From the NCBI GenBank assembly GCA_965237805.1, contig OZ250153.1:480001-544000 (forward strand): 64,000 nt of DNA, written 5' to 3'. The notes under the pieces were generated by a model, which saw nothing but the letters and a program-made list of their open reading frames with translations, was not told the origin of the DNA and ran no database searches. Source of the stretch: Gammaproteobacteria bacterium (GTDB taxonomy: Bacteria; Pseudomonadota; Gammaproteobacteria; JABABF01). Positions 1 through 8,698 of this stretch are shown here, piece after piece. The translations under genes and the position numbers were made by a program. Every line of letters begins with the position of its first letter. Positions within the stretch are counted from its first letter, which is position 1.

Positions 1-462
1 CTCGAATTCGAGCATATTGGCGGCGGCGTTGCGCAGCACCACATCGTTGAGGGCATCGCCGTGGGCGTTGGTCTGGCCATCGCGCAACAGCTCGGCATCG
101 AGCAGGAAACGCTGCTCCTCCACATAGTCGCCACCCAGAATAGCCCCCAAGCGCAGCTCCAACTGCGCTGGCAGGATATCGGCCAGAAAACCCAAGCGCC
201 CCAAGTTGATGCCCAGCACTGGCACCTCGGCGGCAGACAGGGCGCGGGCGGCACCGAGCAGGCTGCCATCGCCGCCGACAACCACGGCCAACTCATAGCC
301 CCCACACTCCAGCAACGCTTCGGCAGAATCAAATTCGCGCGCCTCAATCCCAATGGAATCGAGGAACTCATGGGCGACGCGCAGCGTTTCATCGACCCGC
401 GGCTCGCGCTCATGGCGACCGATCAAGCCGATTTGCTGAAATTTTTTGGCTACTTTATCCAT
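1..462 (-). CDS. nadK: NAD(+) kinase, 5' part (runs off the window edge)
   Basis: Not in the ORF track. Manual minus-strand translation from ATG at 462 gives MDKVAKKFQQIGLIG...AVVVGGDGSLLGAAR...PVLGINLGRLGFLADI...ALNDVVL, containing the GGDG, GINxGxLGFL and ALND motifs. Confidence 0.93.
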   Translation of the reverse strand, partial: MDKVAKKFQQIGLIGRHEREPRVDETLRVAHEFLDSIGIEAREFDSAEALLECGGYELAVVVGGDGSLLGAARALSAAEVPVLGINLGRLGFLADILPAQLELRLGAILGGDYVEEQRFLLDAELLRDGQTNAHGDALNDVVLRNAAANMLEFE

Positions 463-507
463 CGCGGGCAGAACGAGGGCAGATGGGCTACAGGATACAT
501 AAAGCGA

Positions 508-584
508 TGGCGGACCGGACGGGACTCGAACCCGCGACCTCCGGCTTGACAGGCCGGCATTCTAACCAACTGAACTACCGGTCC
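508..584 (-). tRNA. tRNA-Asp(GTC)
   Basis: Reverse complement reads GGACCGGTAGTTCAGTTGGTTAGAATGCCGGCCTGTCAAGCCGGAGGTCGCGGGTTCGAGTCCCGTCCGGTCCGCCA: cloverleaf, anticodon GTC, encoded CCA. Confidence 0.97.
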
Positions 585-645
585 GGCTTTCCTACCAACA
601 AACGAGCAAACTGAATCGTCACACCCCCCACCATCCCGATCGCCG

Positions 646-718
646 TGGGTGGTGACGGGATCGAACCGCCGACCTCCTGCTTGTAAGGCAGACGCTCTCC
701 CAATTGAGCTAACCACCC
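646..718 (-). tRNA. tRNA-Val(TAC), no encoded CCA
   Basis: Reverse complement reads GGGTGGTTAGCTCAATTGGGAGAGCGTCTGCCTTACAAGCAGGAGGTCGGCGGTTCGATCCCGTCACCACCCA, followed by CGG; anticodon TAC. Confidence 0.95.
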
Positions 719-784
719 TCAGCCCGAGCCCAGCGGCCACTGCGGCGGAGCTCGCCCTTGAGGCGTATGGCGCGCAGACCGCAC

Positions 785-2428
785 TCAGCTCTGCTGCTGC
801 CCCGCAACGCCCTGTTCGCCCCAAGCCGGTTCACGCAAAACCGTGCGCAATACTTTGCCTACAGGCGATTTTGGCAAGGCTTTGCACATCACAATTTCCT
901 TGGGGATTTTGTAGCTGGCTAATTGTAGCCGACAATGCTGGATCAGGCTCCCCCGCGTGAGCTCAGACTCGGCGGTCACAGCCACTATCAGGCGTATCCG
1001 TTCGCCGGAATGGCTGTCGTTGATGCCGACGGCAGCGCACTCGATCACATCGGGCATAGAGGACACCACTTCCTCTATTTCATGCGGGTAGACATTGAAG
1101 CCAGAGACCAGAATCAAATCCTTGATGCGGTCGACGATGCTGAGATAGCCATCGTCGTCGATACAGCCGATATCGCCAGTGTGCAACCAACCCTCATCGT
1201 CTAGTACCTTGGCCGTCTCCTCTTCCTGCTGCCAGTAGCCATCCATCAGCTGCGGCCCACGCACCGCGATTTCACCGCGCTCGCCGGTCGCCAGCACGCT
1301 GCCATCCTCGGCCAACAGACGCAGCTGGGTGTCGCGGAGCGGCTTGCCAACCGTGCCGGGGCGGTTGTGCTCCAACAGATTGAGCGACACCACCGGCGAG
1401 GCCTCGGTCAAACCGTAGCCCGCATAAATCGTGCTGCCGGTCAGTTCCTGCCAGCGTTTGGCGGTCACCGCCGACAGCGGCATGCCACCGGAAATGGTGT
1501 GACGCCAGCCGCTGAAATCGAGTTGGCGAAAGTCGGGGTCATTGCACAGAGCATTGAACAAGGTGTTGAGTCCGTAGAGCAGTTGCGGTGGATGCCGCCG
1601 CAAGGTGCGCGATACGCTGGCCAAATCACGCGGGTCTGGGATCAGCACCAGATGCAGACCAGCACACAGCGAGGCCAAGGCAACCGTGAAGGCATAGATG
1701 TGGTACAGCGGCAACGGCAGCACGGCGACAGCGCCCTCATCCATCCCGAAATGCTCCAGCGCTGCGAGCACCTGCTGAATATTGGCACCGACAGCACTGC
1801 GGCTCAGCATCGCCGCCTTCGGCGTGCCAGTCGTGCCGCCGGTGTACTGCAGGACCATTAACTCCGAGCGCTCCAACTCTGTCAACGGCGGCGAGGACGC
1901 CTTGCGGCCAGTGAGTATGGCCCGCAACGAGGCCACATCAGAGGGGCGGCGCGCCGCTGCCGAGCGACGCCGCCAGCGCCAATTGCCAGCCACGCGAATC
2001 GGCCACGGGCACAGGTCAGCCGGGGCGGTCTGCACGATATTGGCACGTGGTATCCCACACTCGGCGGCCACGCTAGCCACGGCACCGCTGCCCTCCAGCG
2101 AAATCAGACCACGGGCACCGGAATCGCGCAATTGAACAGACAACTCGCGCGCTGTGTAGAGCGGATTGACATTGACCACCACCAAGCCAGCACGCCGCAC
2201 ACCGAACAGCACGACCAGGTACTGTGCCAGCGTCGGTAGCTGGATCGCCACCCGATCACCGGGTGCCAAGTCCGTTTTCTCGCGCAGCCAGCAACCGAAG
2301 CTCTCCGACCACGCCTGCAACTGGCGGTAGGAATAGCTGCCACCGGGCTGTGTCACGGCGATGGCATCGCCGCGCTGACTCGCCTCACGATCAAATAATG
2401 CGACCGGATCCAACTCGCCTATCTGCAT
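785..2428 (-). CDS. fadD: Long-chain fatty acid-CoA ligase (FadD-like)
   Basis: QYTGGTTGTPK AMP-binding loop, PLYHIYA, GYGLTEASP, TGD, SGFNVYP and catalytic PKSPVGK motifs. Confidence 0.85.
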   Translation of the reverse strand: MQIGELDPVALFDREASQRGDAIAVTQPGGSYSYRQLQAWSESFGCWLREKTDLAPGDRVAIQLPTLAQYLVVLFGVRRAGLVVVNVNPLYTARELSVQLRDSGARGLISLEGSGAVASVAAECGIPRANIVQTAPADLCPWPIRVAGNWRWRRRSAAARRPSDVASLRAILTGRKASSPPLTELERSELMVLQYTGGTTGTPKAAMLSRSAVGANIQQVLAALEHFGMDEGAVAVLPLPLYHIYAFTVALASLCAGLHLVLIPDPRDLASVSRTLRRHPPQLLYGLNTLFNALCNDPDFRQLDFSGWRHTISGGMPLSAVTAKRWQELTGSTIYAGYGLTEASPVVSLNLLEHNRPGTVGKPLRDTQLRLLAEDGSVLATGERGEIAVRGPQLMDGYWQQEEETAKVLDDEGWLHTGDIGCIDDDGYLSIVDRIKDLILVSGFNVYPHEIEEVVSSMPDVIECAAVGINDSHSGERIRLIVAVTAESELTRGSLIQHCRLQLASYKIPKEIVMCKALPKSPVGKVLRTVLREPAWGEQGVAGQQQS

Positions 2429-2469
2429 AGCATGATGCCTTCATATTCCAACGGTCTGATAACCGTATT

Positions 2470-2991
2470 ATGATGGAGGCAGTCGACTTGGCAAGTGCGG
2501 AGGAGCTGGCTGTGGGCAACAAGATGGTGCGCCATTGGGGCTACGACGAGATTGAGATCGGACAAAAGGCCAGCTATGTGCGCCGCCTAGAGGAGCGCGA
2601 CCTCGTGCTGTTTGCCGCCGTCTCTGGCGACCGTAATCCCTTGCATCTCGACGCCAACTATGCCGCCACCACCCCTTTCAACCAACGTATCGCGCACGGC
2701 ATGTGGACAGCGGGATTGATCTCGGCAGCACTGGCCATGGAACTGCCGGGGCCGGGGGGCATCTATTTGGGGCAGACGCTGGAATTCCGAGCACCTGTCT
2801 TCGTCGGCGACACCATCACCGTGCGGCTGGAGGTGCTGTCAAAGCGTGACAAAAACCGTATCCTCAGCCTGTCCTGCGATGCCAGCAACCAAGACGACCG
2901 CACCGTGGTGCGGGGCGAGGCGCGCGTCATCGCGCCGGAGCATGGCGGCGAGCTGCCCTGCCCGCAGCTGCCCGACATCAGCACTGGATGA
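2470..2991 (+). CDS. MaoC/PhaJ-type (R)-specific enoyl-CoA hydratase
   Basis: Hydratase-2 motif SGDRNPLHLD...RIAHGM. The start may be a few codons downstream. Confidence 0.85.
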   Translation: MMEAVDLASAEELAVGNKMVRHWGYDEIEIGQKASYVRRLEERDLVLFAAVSGDRNPLHLDANYAATTPFNQRIAHGMWTAGLISAALAMELPGPGGIYLGQTLEFRAPVFVGDTITVRLEVLSKRDKNRILSLSCDASNQDDRTVVRGEARVIAPEHGGELPCPQLPDISTG

Positions 2992-4895
2992 ATCGCTCCG
3001 CAGAGCGACCACAATTCGCCGACATTGATTGGCTGCCAGACGGCACCGCGTATTGCAGACGGCACCGAGACCGCTATGGCTCTGCCGCCGGGGCGATAGG
3101 CGAGAGCGAGCATGTCTTCCTGCGGGGCAATGAGCTGGCTCGGCGTTGGCGGCGGCTAGACCGCGATGCGCTGTTCATTGTCGGCGAGATCGGTTTCGGT
3201 GCCGGGCGCAATTTCCTGTGCGCTTGGTCGCTGTGGCGGCGCTCTGCACCGCCGAGCGCCCGCCTGCATTATCTCGCCACCGAACGCTATCCGATGCGCG
3301 AGGGACAACTGAGGCGGGCGCTGGCCATTTGGCCTCAGCCCGCGACGCTAGCCAAAACACTGCTCGCGGCTTGGCCGCCACCACTACCCGGCACCCATCG
3401 CTTGTCTATGGACGGCGGGCGCGTCCAGCTGAGCTTGTTGATCGGCGACGCCACCGAGACCCTCGCCGAGTTCCCTGTCAGCCGCGGTGTCGACGCTTGG
3501 TTCTTGGATGGCTTCGCCCCGGCGCGCAATGCCGACGCCTGGTCGCCAGCGCTGTGCCGGCAACTGCGCCGCCATAGCAGTCGCCACGCCAGCTGCGCCA
3601 CCTACAGCGCTGCGGGTTTGGTGCGCCGCCAGCTGAGAGACAGCGGTTTTGCCCTGCGCCGCATCCCAGGCTACGGCGACAAAGCCGAGTCCTTGCGCGG
3701 ACGCTTGCTCAGCGGTGGGCGACGGCACCGGCACCGACACAGGCCGGGCTCGGCGCTGGTGGTCGGTGCCGGCATCGCCGGAGCCACCACCGCCCGCCAG
3801 CTGGCCGAGCGCGGCCTCGCCGTCACCGTGCTGGAGCGGTCCGATGGGCCAGCGCAGGGAGCCTCTGGGCAGCCGGCCGTCGTCCTCTATCCACGTTTTT
3901 CCGCCAGTTGGACGCCACAGGCTCGCTTCGCCTTGGCCGCCTACCTACACGCACTGCGCCACTACCGACAGCTGCTAGAGCCAGCAGTCACAAGCACTGG
4001 CGCGGGCGGATTTCCCGGCCTGATACAACTGGCCTGTGATGCCGGCTTGGCACGGCGTTGCCGCGAGCTGGCCACACGCTACGGCGAGTGTTCGGAACTG
4101 CTGGGCGCAGTGGATGCAGCACAGGCCTCGCAGCTTGCAGGCGTGGCGCTGAACAATGGCGGGCTGTTCTATCCTGGCGGCGGCTGGCTGGTGCCAGCAG
4201 CGGTCTGCGAGGCGCTGCTCGGGCACCCGTCGATACACTGCCTGTTCGGACAGGCAGTGCAGCTGCGCCGCGTCGGGCAGCAATGGCGGGCGCAGACCAA
4301 ACACGGCACGCCGCTGGCCGAGGCGCCATGCGCTGTGCTGGCCACTGGCACCACACAGCCGCCTGCACCACCACTGCCGCTACGGGCGCTACGCGGGCAG
4401 AGCAGCGACATCGCCGCCACCCCGGCGAGCAGCGCGTTGCGCAAGGTGCTATGCCATCGTGGCTACCTGTTACCGGCGCGCACTGGGCGACAACAGCTAG
4501 GTTCTACCTATAGCCACGACGACCACAGCATCGCCCCGCATACTGCCGACCACCAACGCAACCTGGAACAGCTCACCGCAACTGTGCCCGCGCTGGCGGC
4601 AGGACTGCCGCCAGCAGCGGACTGCGCCGGTAGCGTCGGCTTCCGCCACAGCAGCCCGGATCATCTGCCGCTGGTCGGCGGGATGCGCGGCCAAGCGAGC
4701 CTGTACCTGAACTTGGGACACGGTAGCGCTGGCGTAGCGCAGGCACCGCTGTGCGCCGAGCTGCTGGCCTGCCGCATCCTCGGTGAACCGCCGCCGCTGG
4801 CCGCCGATCTATTGCGTGCTCTGGCACCAGAACGCTTTGGCGCGGCGGTGAATACTTCTACAATAGGCGCAGCGAAAAATGCCCCAGCAGGCTGA
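2988..4895 (+). CDS. mnmC: Bifunctional tRNA mnm5s2U34 methyltransferase / FAD-dependent oxidoreductase
   Basis: GEIGFGAGRNF and DAWFLDGFAP methyltransferase motifs, then a VVGAGIAG FAD-binding domain; 635 aa. Confidence 0.92.
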   Translation: MNRSAERPQFADIDWLPDGTAYCRRHRDRYGSAAGAIGESEHVFLRGNELARRWRRLDRDALFIVGEIGFGAGRNFLCAWSLWRRSAPPSARLHYLATERYPMREGQLRRALAIWPQPATLAKTLLAAWPPPLPGTHRLSMDGGRVQLSLLIGDATETLAEFPVSRGVDAWFLDGFAPARNADAWSPALCRQLRRHSSRHASCATYSAAGLVRRQLRDSGFALRRIPGYGDKAESLRGRLLSGGRRHRHRHRPGSALVVGAGIAGATTARQLAERGLAVTVLERSDGPAQGASGQPAVVLYPRFSASWTPQARFALAAYLHALRHYRQLLEPAVTSTGAGGFPGLIQLACDAGLARRCRELATRYGECSELLGAVDAAQASQLAGVALNNGGLFYPGGGWLVPAAVCEALLGHPSIHCLFGQAVQLRRVGQQWRAQTKHGTPLAEAPCAVLATGTTQPPAPPLPLRALRGQSSDIAATPASSALRKVLCHRGYLLPARTGRQQLGSTYSHDDHSIAPHTADHQRNLEQLTATVPALAAGLPPAADCAGSVGFRHSSPDHLPLVGGMRGQASLYLNLGHGSAGVAQAPLCAELLACRILGEPPPLAADLLRALAPERFGAAVNTSTIGAAKNAPAG

Positions 4896-4897
4896 CC

Positions 4898-7855
4898 ATG
4901 CCACGACAAGCCCCCCGATCCCCGGTCCCCGCCTTTGAGCTGCTGGAAAGCCAAACCATCGGCAGTCTCAATCTCGAACTATCGCTCTATAGCCACCCGG
5001 TCATCGGCGCTCGCCACCTGCATCTGGCCAGCGCCAGCAGCGAGAATGTCTTCATGGTCGCACTGCCGACCGTGCCCACAGACTCTACCGGTGTCGCCCA
5101 TGTGCTGGAACACACCTCGCTCTGCGGCAGTCGACGCTACCCGGTGCGCGACCCCTTCTTCATGATGCTGCGGCGCTCGCTCAGCACTTTCATGAACGCA
5201 CTGACCAGCAGCGACTGGACTGCCTATCCCTTCGCCAGCCAGAACCAAAAAGACTTCTACAACTTGCTCGATGTCTATCTTGATGCCGTCTTCTTTCCCC
5301 GCCTCGATCCATTGGACTTTGCTCAAGAAGGGCACCGTTTGGAGTTCGAGACCACGGACGACCCACAGACGCCATTGGTGCGCCGCGGCGTGGTCTACAA
5401 CGAGATGAAAGGAGCCATGAGCCCAGTGACGGCACAGCTGTGGCAGGCACTGTGTCGCCAGCTGTACCCGACCACCACCTACCACCACAACAGCGGCGGC
5501 GATCCGTCGGAAATACCCCGGCTGAGCCATGCGGCGTTGGTGGATTTTCACCGCAGCCACTACCATCCGGGACATGCCATCTTCATGAGCTTCGGCTCAC
5601 TGTTGGCCACCGATGTGCAACAACGCATCGCCGAGCACGTGCTGGCCGAGTTTCCCAATCCTCCGGAGCAGTCGATCTCAGTCCCCGCCGAACGCCGCTA
5701 CCGCAAGCCAGTGCAAAGCGCAGAGCCATACGCTCTGCGGGCAGCGGAGCGAGACGGTGACGAACAGCGCAGCCACATCGTCATCGCTTGGCTACTCGGC
5801 ACCAGCAGCGACCCCAGACAGCGCCTGCGCGCACAGCTGCTGAGCGGGGTGCTGTTGGGGGACAGCGCCGCGCCGTTGCAGCGCACACTGGAGCACAGTC
5901 TATTGGGGCGCGCTCCCTCCGCGCTCTGTGGCCTCGATGAACACCCCCGCGAGATGAGCTTTGCCTGCGGCCTTGAGGGCTGTGCCAGCGACCGCGCCGA
6001 GGCAGTGGAGATGCTGGTGCTGGACAGCTTGCGCCACATCACCGCGGCGGGTGTGTCCGCAGAGCGAGTGGAGGCCGTGCTACATCAGCTGGAGTTAGGG
6101 CAGCGTGAAGTCACCGGCGACAGCTATCCCTACGGTCTGCAACTGTTGCTGAGCTGCCTGTCGCCGATGTTGCACGGCGGTAGCGCCCCTGCCGTCTTAG
6201 ATCCAGAACCAGTGCTGAGCGAGCTGCGCGATGAGATCCGCTCGCCGGATTTCATCGCGCGCTTGGTGCGCGAGCTATTGCTGGACAACCCGCACCGGGT
6301 GCGCCTCACACTGTATCCGGATGGCGACTTGGCCGAGCGGCGCGAGGCGAGTGAGCGCGAGGAGCTCGACCGCATTCACTCGGCGCTGAGCGAAGAGGCG
6401 TGCGCCGAGCTGCTGTGCAACGCCGCCGCCCTTGCCGAACGCCAGCAGCAACCAGACGATCCCGATCTATTGCCACGCATACGCCTGAGCGATGTGCCGA
6501 CAGCAGTACAACACCCCACACCGATCCCCGGTTCGATCAGTACCCTGCCCCTGTGCCGATACGTTGCGGCGACCAACGGCTTGGTCTACCAAAAACTACT
6601 CGCGCCACTGCCAGCACTGGATCAGGACGAGCGCCAGCTGTTGCGGCTCTACAGTGCCTGCCTGCCGGAGCTCGGTGCTGGAGACGAGGACTACCTCAGC
6701 CTGCAACAGCGCCAGAGTGCGGTCAGCGGCGGCGTCGGCGCGGCCACTCCATTGGCTGCGGCGATCGACGACGAGCAACGCATCAGCGGCCAGCTGGAGT
6801 TGGGCACCAAGGCCTTGTTGCGCAATGGTGCAGAGGCCGCCGAATTGCTGTGGCGCTACTACGAGGGCGCACGCTTCGACGAAAGCGAACACTTGATCGA
6901 GTTGATCGCACGCCTGTGTGCCAGCGCCGAGGAGGGAGCCATCAGCAGTGGCCACCGCCTCGCCATCGCCGCCGCCTGTAGCGGCCTGAGCCCACTGGCC
7001 GCGCACGGACACCAAAACGGCGGCTTGGCTGGACTGACAAGCCTGCGGCAGCTGTCTGCCGAGCTGCGCGAGGACAGCGGGCGGGCAGCAGTGCTGGGCG
7101 CGCAATTAGCAGCCTTGCACAGCCACCTCAGCGCGGCGCGCCCTGAGTGGCTGCTCGTGGCAGAGGAAGCAGCGCTACCGCGCTCGTGCGAGCGGCTGGC
7201 GGCATTGGCTAAGCGCTGGGGCGGCAAGTGGCAAGGGGATGATGCGACACCGGAACCGCTGGCCATGCCGCCGTCGCGGCAAGTGGTTCGCCAACAGTGG
7301 CGCATGCGATCAGAAGTGCATTTCTGCGCCCGCGCTTGGGGCACCGTGCCCTACGACCACCCCGACAGCAGCACACTCAGCGTGCTCGGAGAATTTCTGC
7401 GTAGCCACTACCTGCACACGGCGGTGCGCGAGCGCGGCGGAGCCTATGGTGCTGGTGCCGCGCAAAACAGTGCCATCGCCGCCTTCCACTGCTTCACTTA
7501 CCGCGACCCACGGCTACAGCAAAGCTTGGACGACTTCGATGCCGCCGTGGCTTGGTTGGTCAGCGAAGCGCACGAGCCGTATCTGCTGGAAGAGGCCATC
7601 CTCTGCGTGGTATCGACGCTGGACAAACCCGGCTCGCCAGCTGGCGAAGCCATGGGACACCACCAGCGCACCCTACACGGCATTGACGACGAGCGCTGGA
7701 ACCGCCATCGCCAGCGGGTGCTGGACACCGGATTGGATGATTTGCGGCGAGTGGCCGAACGCTACCTGCGCCCGGAGTTGGCCAGCACAGCAGTGATCAC
7801 CCCGGCGGGGACACCAACGCTGGATGGTTTTGAGCCGCACGAGTTGGTGTTTTGA
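4898..7855 (+). CDS. M16C (PreP/insulinase-like) zinc metallopeptidase
   Basis: Inverted zinc motif HVLEH, RDPFF, FMNALT, GVVYNEMKG and C-terminal RERGGAYG; 985 aa. Confidence 0.92.
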   Translation: MPRQAPRSPVPAFELLESQTIGSLNLELSLYSHPVIGARHLHLASASSENVFMVALPTVPTDSTGVAHVLEHTSLCGSRRYPVRDPFFMMLRRSLSTFMNALTSSDWTAYPFASQNQKDFYNLLDVYLDAVFFPRLDPLDFAQEGHRLEFETTDDPQTPLVRRGVVYNEMKGAMSPVTAQLWQALCRQLYPTTTYHHNSGGDPSEIPRLSHAALVDFHRSHYHPGHAIFMSFGSLLATDVQQRIAEHVLAEFPNPPEQSISVPAERRYRKPVQSAEPYALRAAERDGDEQRSHIVIAWLLGTSSDPRQRLRAQLLSGVLLGDSAAPLQRTLEHSLLGRAPSALCGLDEHPREMSFACGLEGCASDRAEAVEMLVLDSLRHITAAGVSAERVEAVLHQLELGQREVTGDSYPYGLQLLLSCLSPMLHGGSAPAVLDPEPVLSELRDEIRSPDFIARLVRELLLDNPHRVRLTLYPDGDLAERREASEREELDRIHSALSEEACAELLCNAAALAERQQQPDDPDLLPRIRLSDVPTAVQHPTPIPGSISTLPLCRYVAATNGLVYQKLLAPLPALDQDERQLLRLYSACLPELGAGDEDYLSLQQRQSAVSGGVGAATPLAAAIDDEQRISGQLELGTKALLRNGAEAAELLWRYYEGARFDESEHLIELIARLCASAEEGAISSGHRLAIAAACSGLSPLAAHGHQNGGLAGLTSLRQLSAELREDSGRAAVLGAQLAALHSHLSAARPEWLLVAEEAALPRSCERLAALAKRWGGKWQGDDATPEPLAMPPSRQVVRQQWRMRSEVHFCARAWGTVPYDHPDSSTLSVLGEFLRSHYLHTAVRERGGAYGAGAAQNSAIAAFHCFTYRDPRLQQSLDDFDAAVAWLVSEAHEPYLLEEAILCVVSTLDKPGSPAGEAMGHHQRTLHGIDDERWNRHRQRVLDTGLDDLRRVAERYLRPELASTAVITPAGTPTLDGFEPHELVF

Positions 7856-8075
7856 GAAGGCGGTCGGAACACCGTATCGAATCGCCATAAGCGGACTCGG
7901 GCTCTAGTCAAATCCTAGTGACGAAGCCGACGATGGCCGCCCTAGAGGGATCAGCCACCCCAACTGAACTGGTCAACCCACAGCCCCAAAACCGGGGGGA
8001 TTTAAAATGTGGGAACTGGCGTTTTAAGACGGGGACTGCGCCCGCGATCTTGGGGCTCGACCAAACCGCTGTGGC

Positions 8076-8669
8076 TCAATAGCCAGCATCGTCGTTGTCA
8101 TCATTCTCGCTATCATCCTCGGCCATCTCTCCCTCTCCAGAGGAAGCAGAGGAGGAGGAAGAGCCGCTGCCGACCGAGCTGCCCAGACCGACTTGGGTGG
8201 CTGCAATCGTGTCGGCGTGTTCCAAGAAATTACGGTACACCGCTATGGTTTGCTCTGCCGTAGCATTGATGTTGGTAGTCATCTCGCACGCACGGTACAT
8301 CAGCTCACGCACGATCAACACAGCGGGATTGCGCCCGCCTAAGGCCAATTCGTTGACCGAACTCGACACGGAGGTCTCCTCCTTGGCACCACCGTAACCC
8401 AAGCCAAGACCCACACCGACAGACCCCCCCTCGGCAAAATCCGTGGAACGGGATGCGCAAAAACGATCCATGTGGCCGTGGGTCTTGATCATGGCCGTCT
8501 TGTCCGACGGCACCTCGACGATGACGCTCACGCCATCGCGCTCAATCAGGCTGGTCTCTGGAGCTGGGGTCAGCAGAGGGGAGCAGCCGCCGTGGAGGAG
8601 CGACGATGCCGACACCAGCACCGCCGCCCACCACTGCCGATGCGCTGTACGACAGCCACACGCCACCAA
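8076..8669 (-). CDS. Hypothetical lipoprotein-like protein with Ser/acidic tail
   Basis: Hydrophobic N-terminus ending in GGC (lipobox-like), two further Cys (RFCAS, YRACE), tail SSSSSASSGEGEMAEDDSENDDNDD. Lies 29 bp downstream of the 437-aa gene. Confidence 0.6.
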   Translation of the reverse strand: MVACGCRTAHRQWWAAVLVSASSLLHGGCSPLLTPAPETSLIERDGVSVIVEVPSDKTAMIKTHGHMDRFCASRSTDFAEGGSVGVGLGLGYGGAKEETSVSSSVNELALGGRNPAVLIVRELMYRACEMTTNINATAEQTIAVYRNFLEHADTIAATQVGLGSSVGSGSSSSSASSGEGEMAEDDSENDDNDDAGY

Positions 8670-8698
8670 GCAATCTCAGCCCGAGGTGGGCAGCTCCA

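Noticed and set aside
508-784. tRNA pair as a possible prophage/island integration site
   Set aside because: No integrase nearby and no duplicated tRNA 3' end noticed elsewhere in the window.
61-960. ORFs 61-549 (+), 450-824 (-) and 649-960 (+)
   Set aside because: They are shadows of nadK on the minus strand, of the two tRNA genes and of the fadD 3' end.
3723-3743. Short CGGCAC repeat giving RHRHRHR in mnmC
   Set aside because: Only 2-3 imperfect units in the interdomain linker; too weak for a contingency locus.
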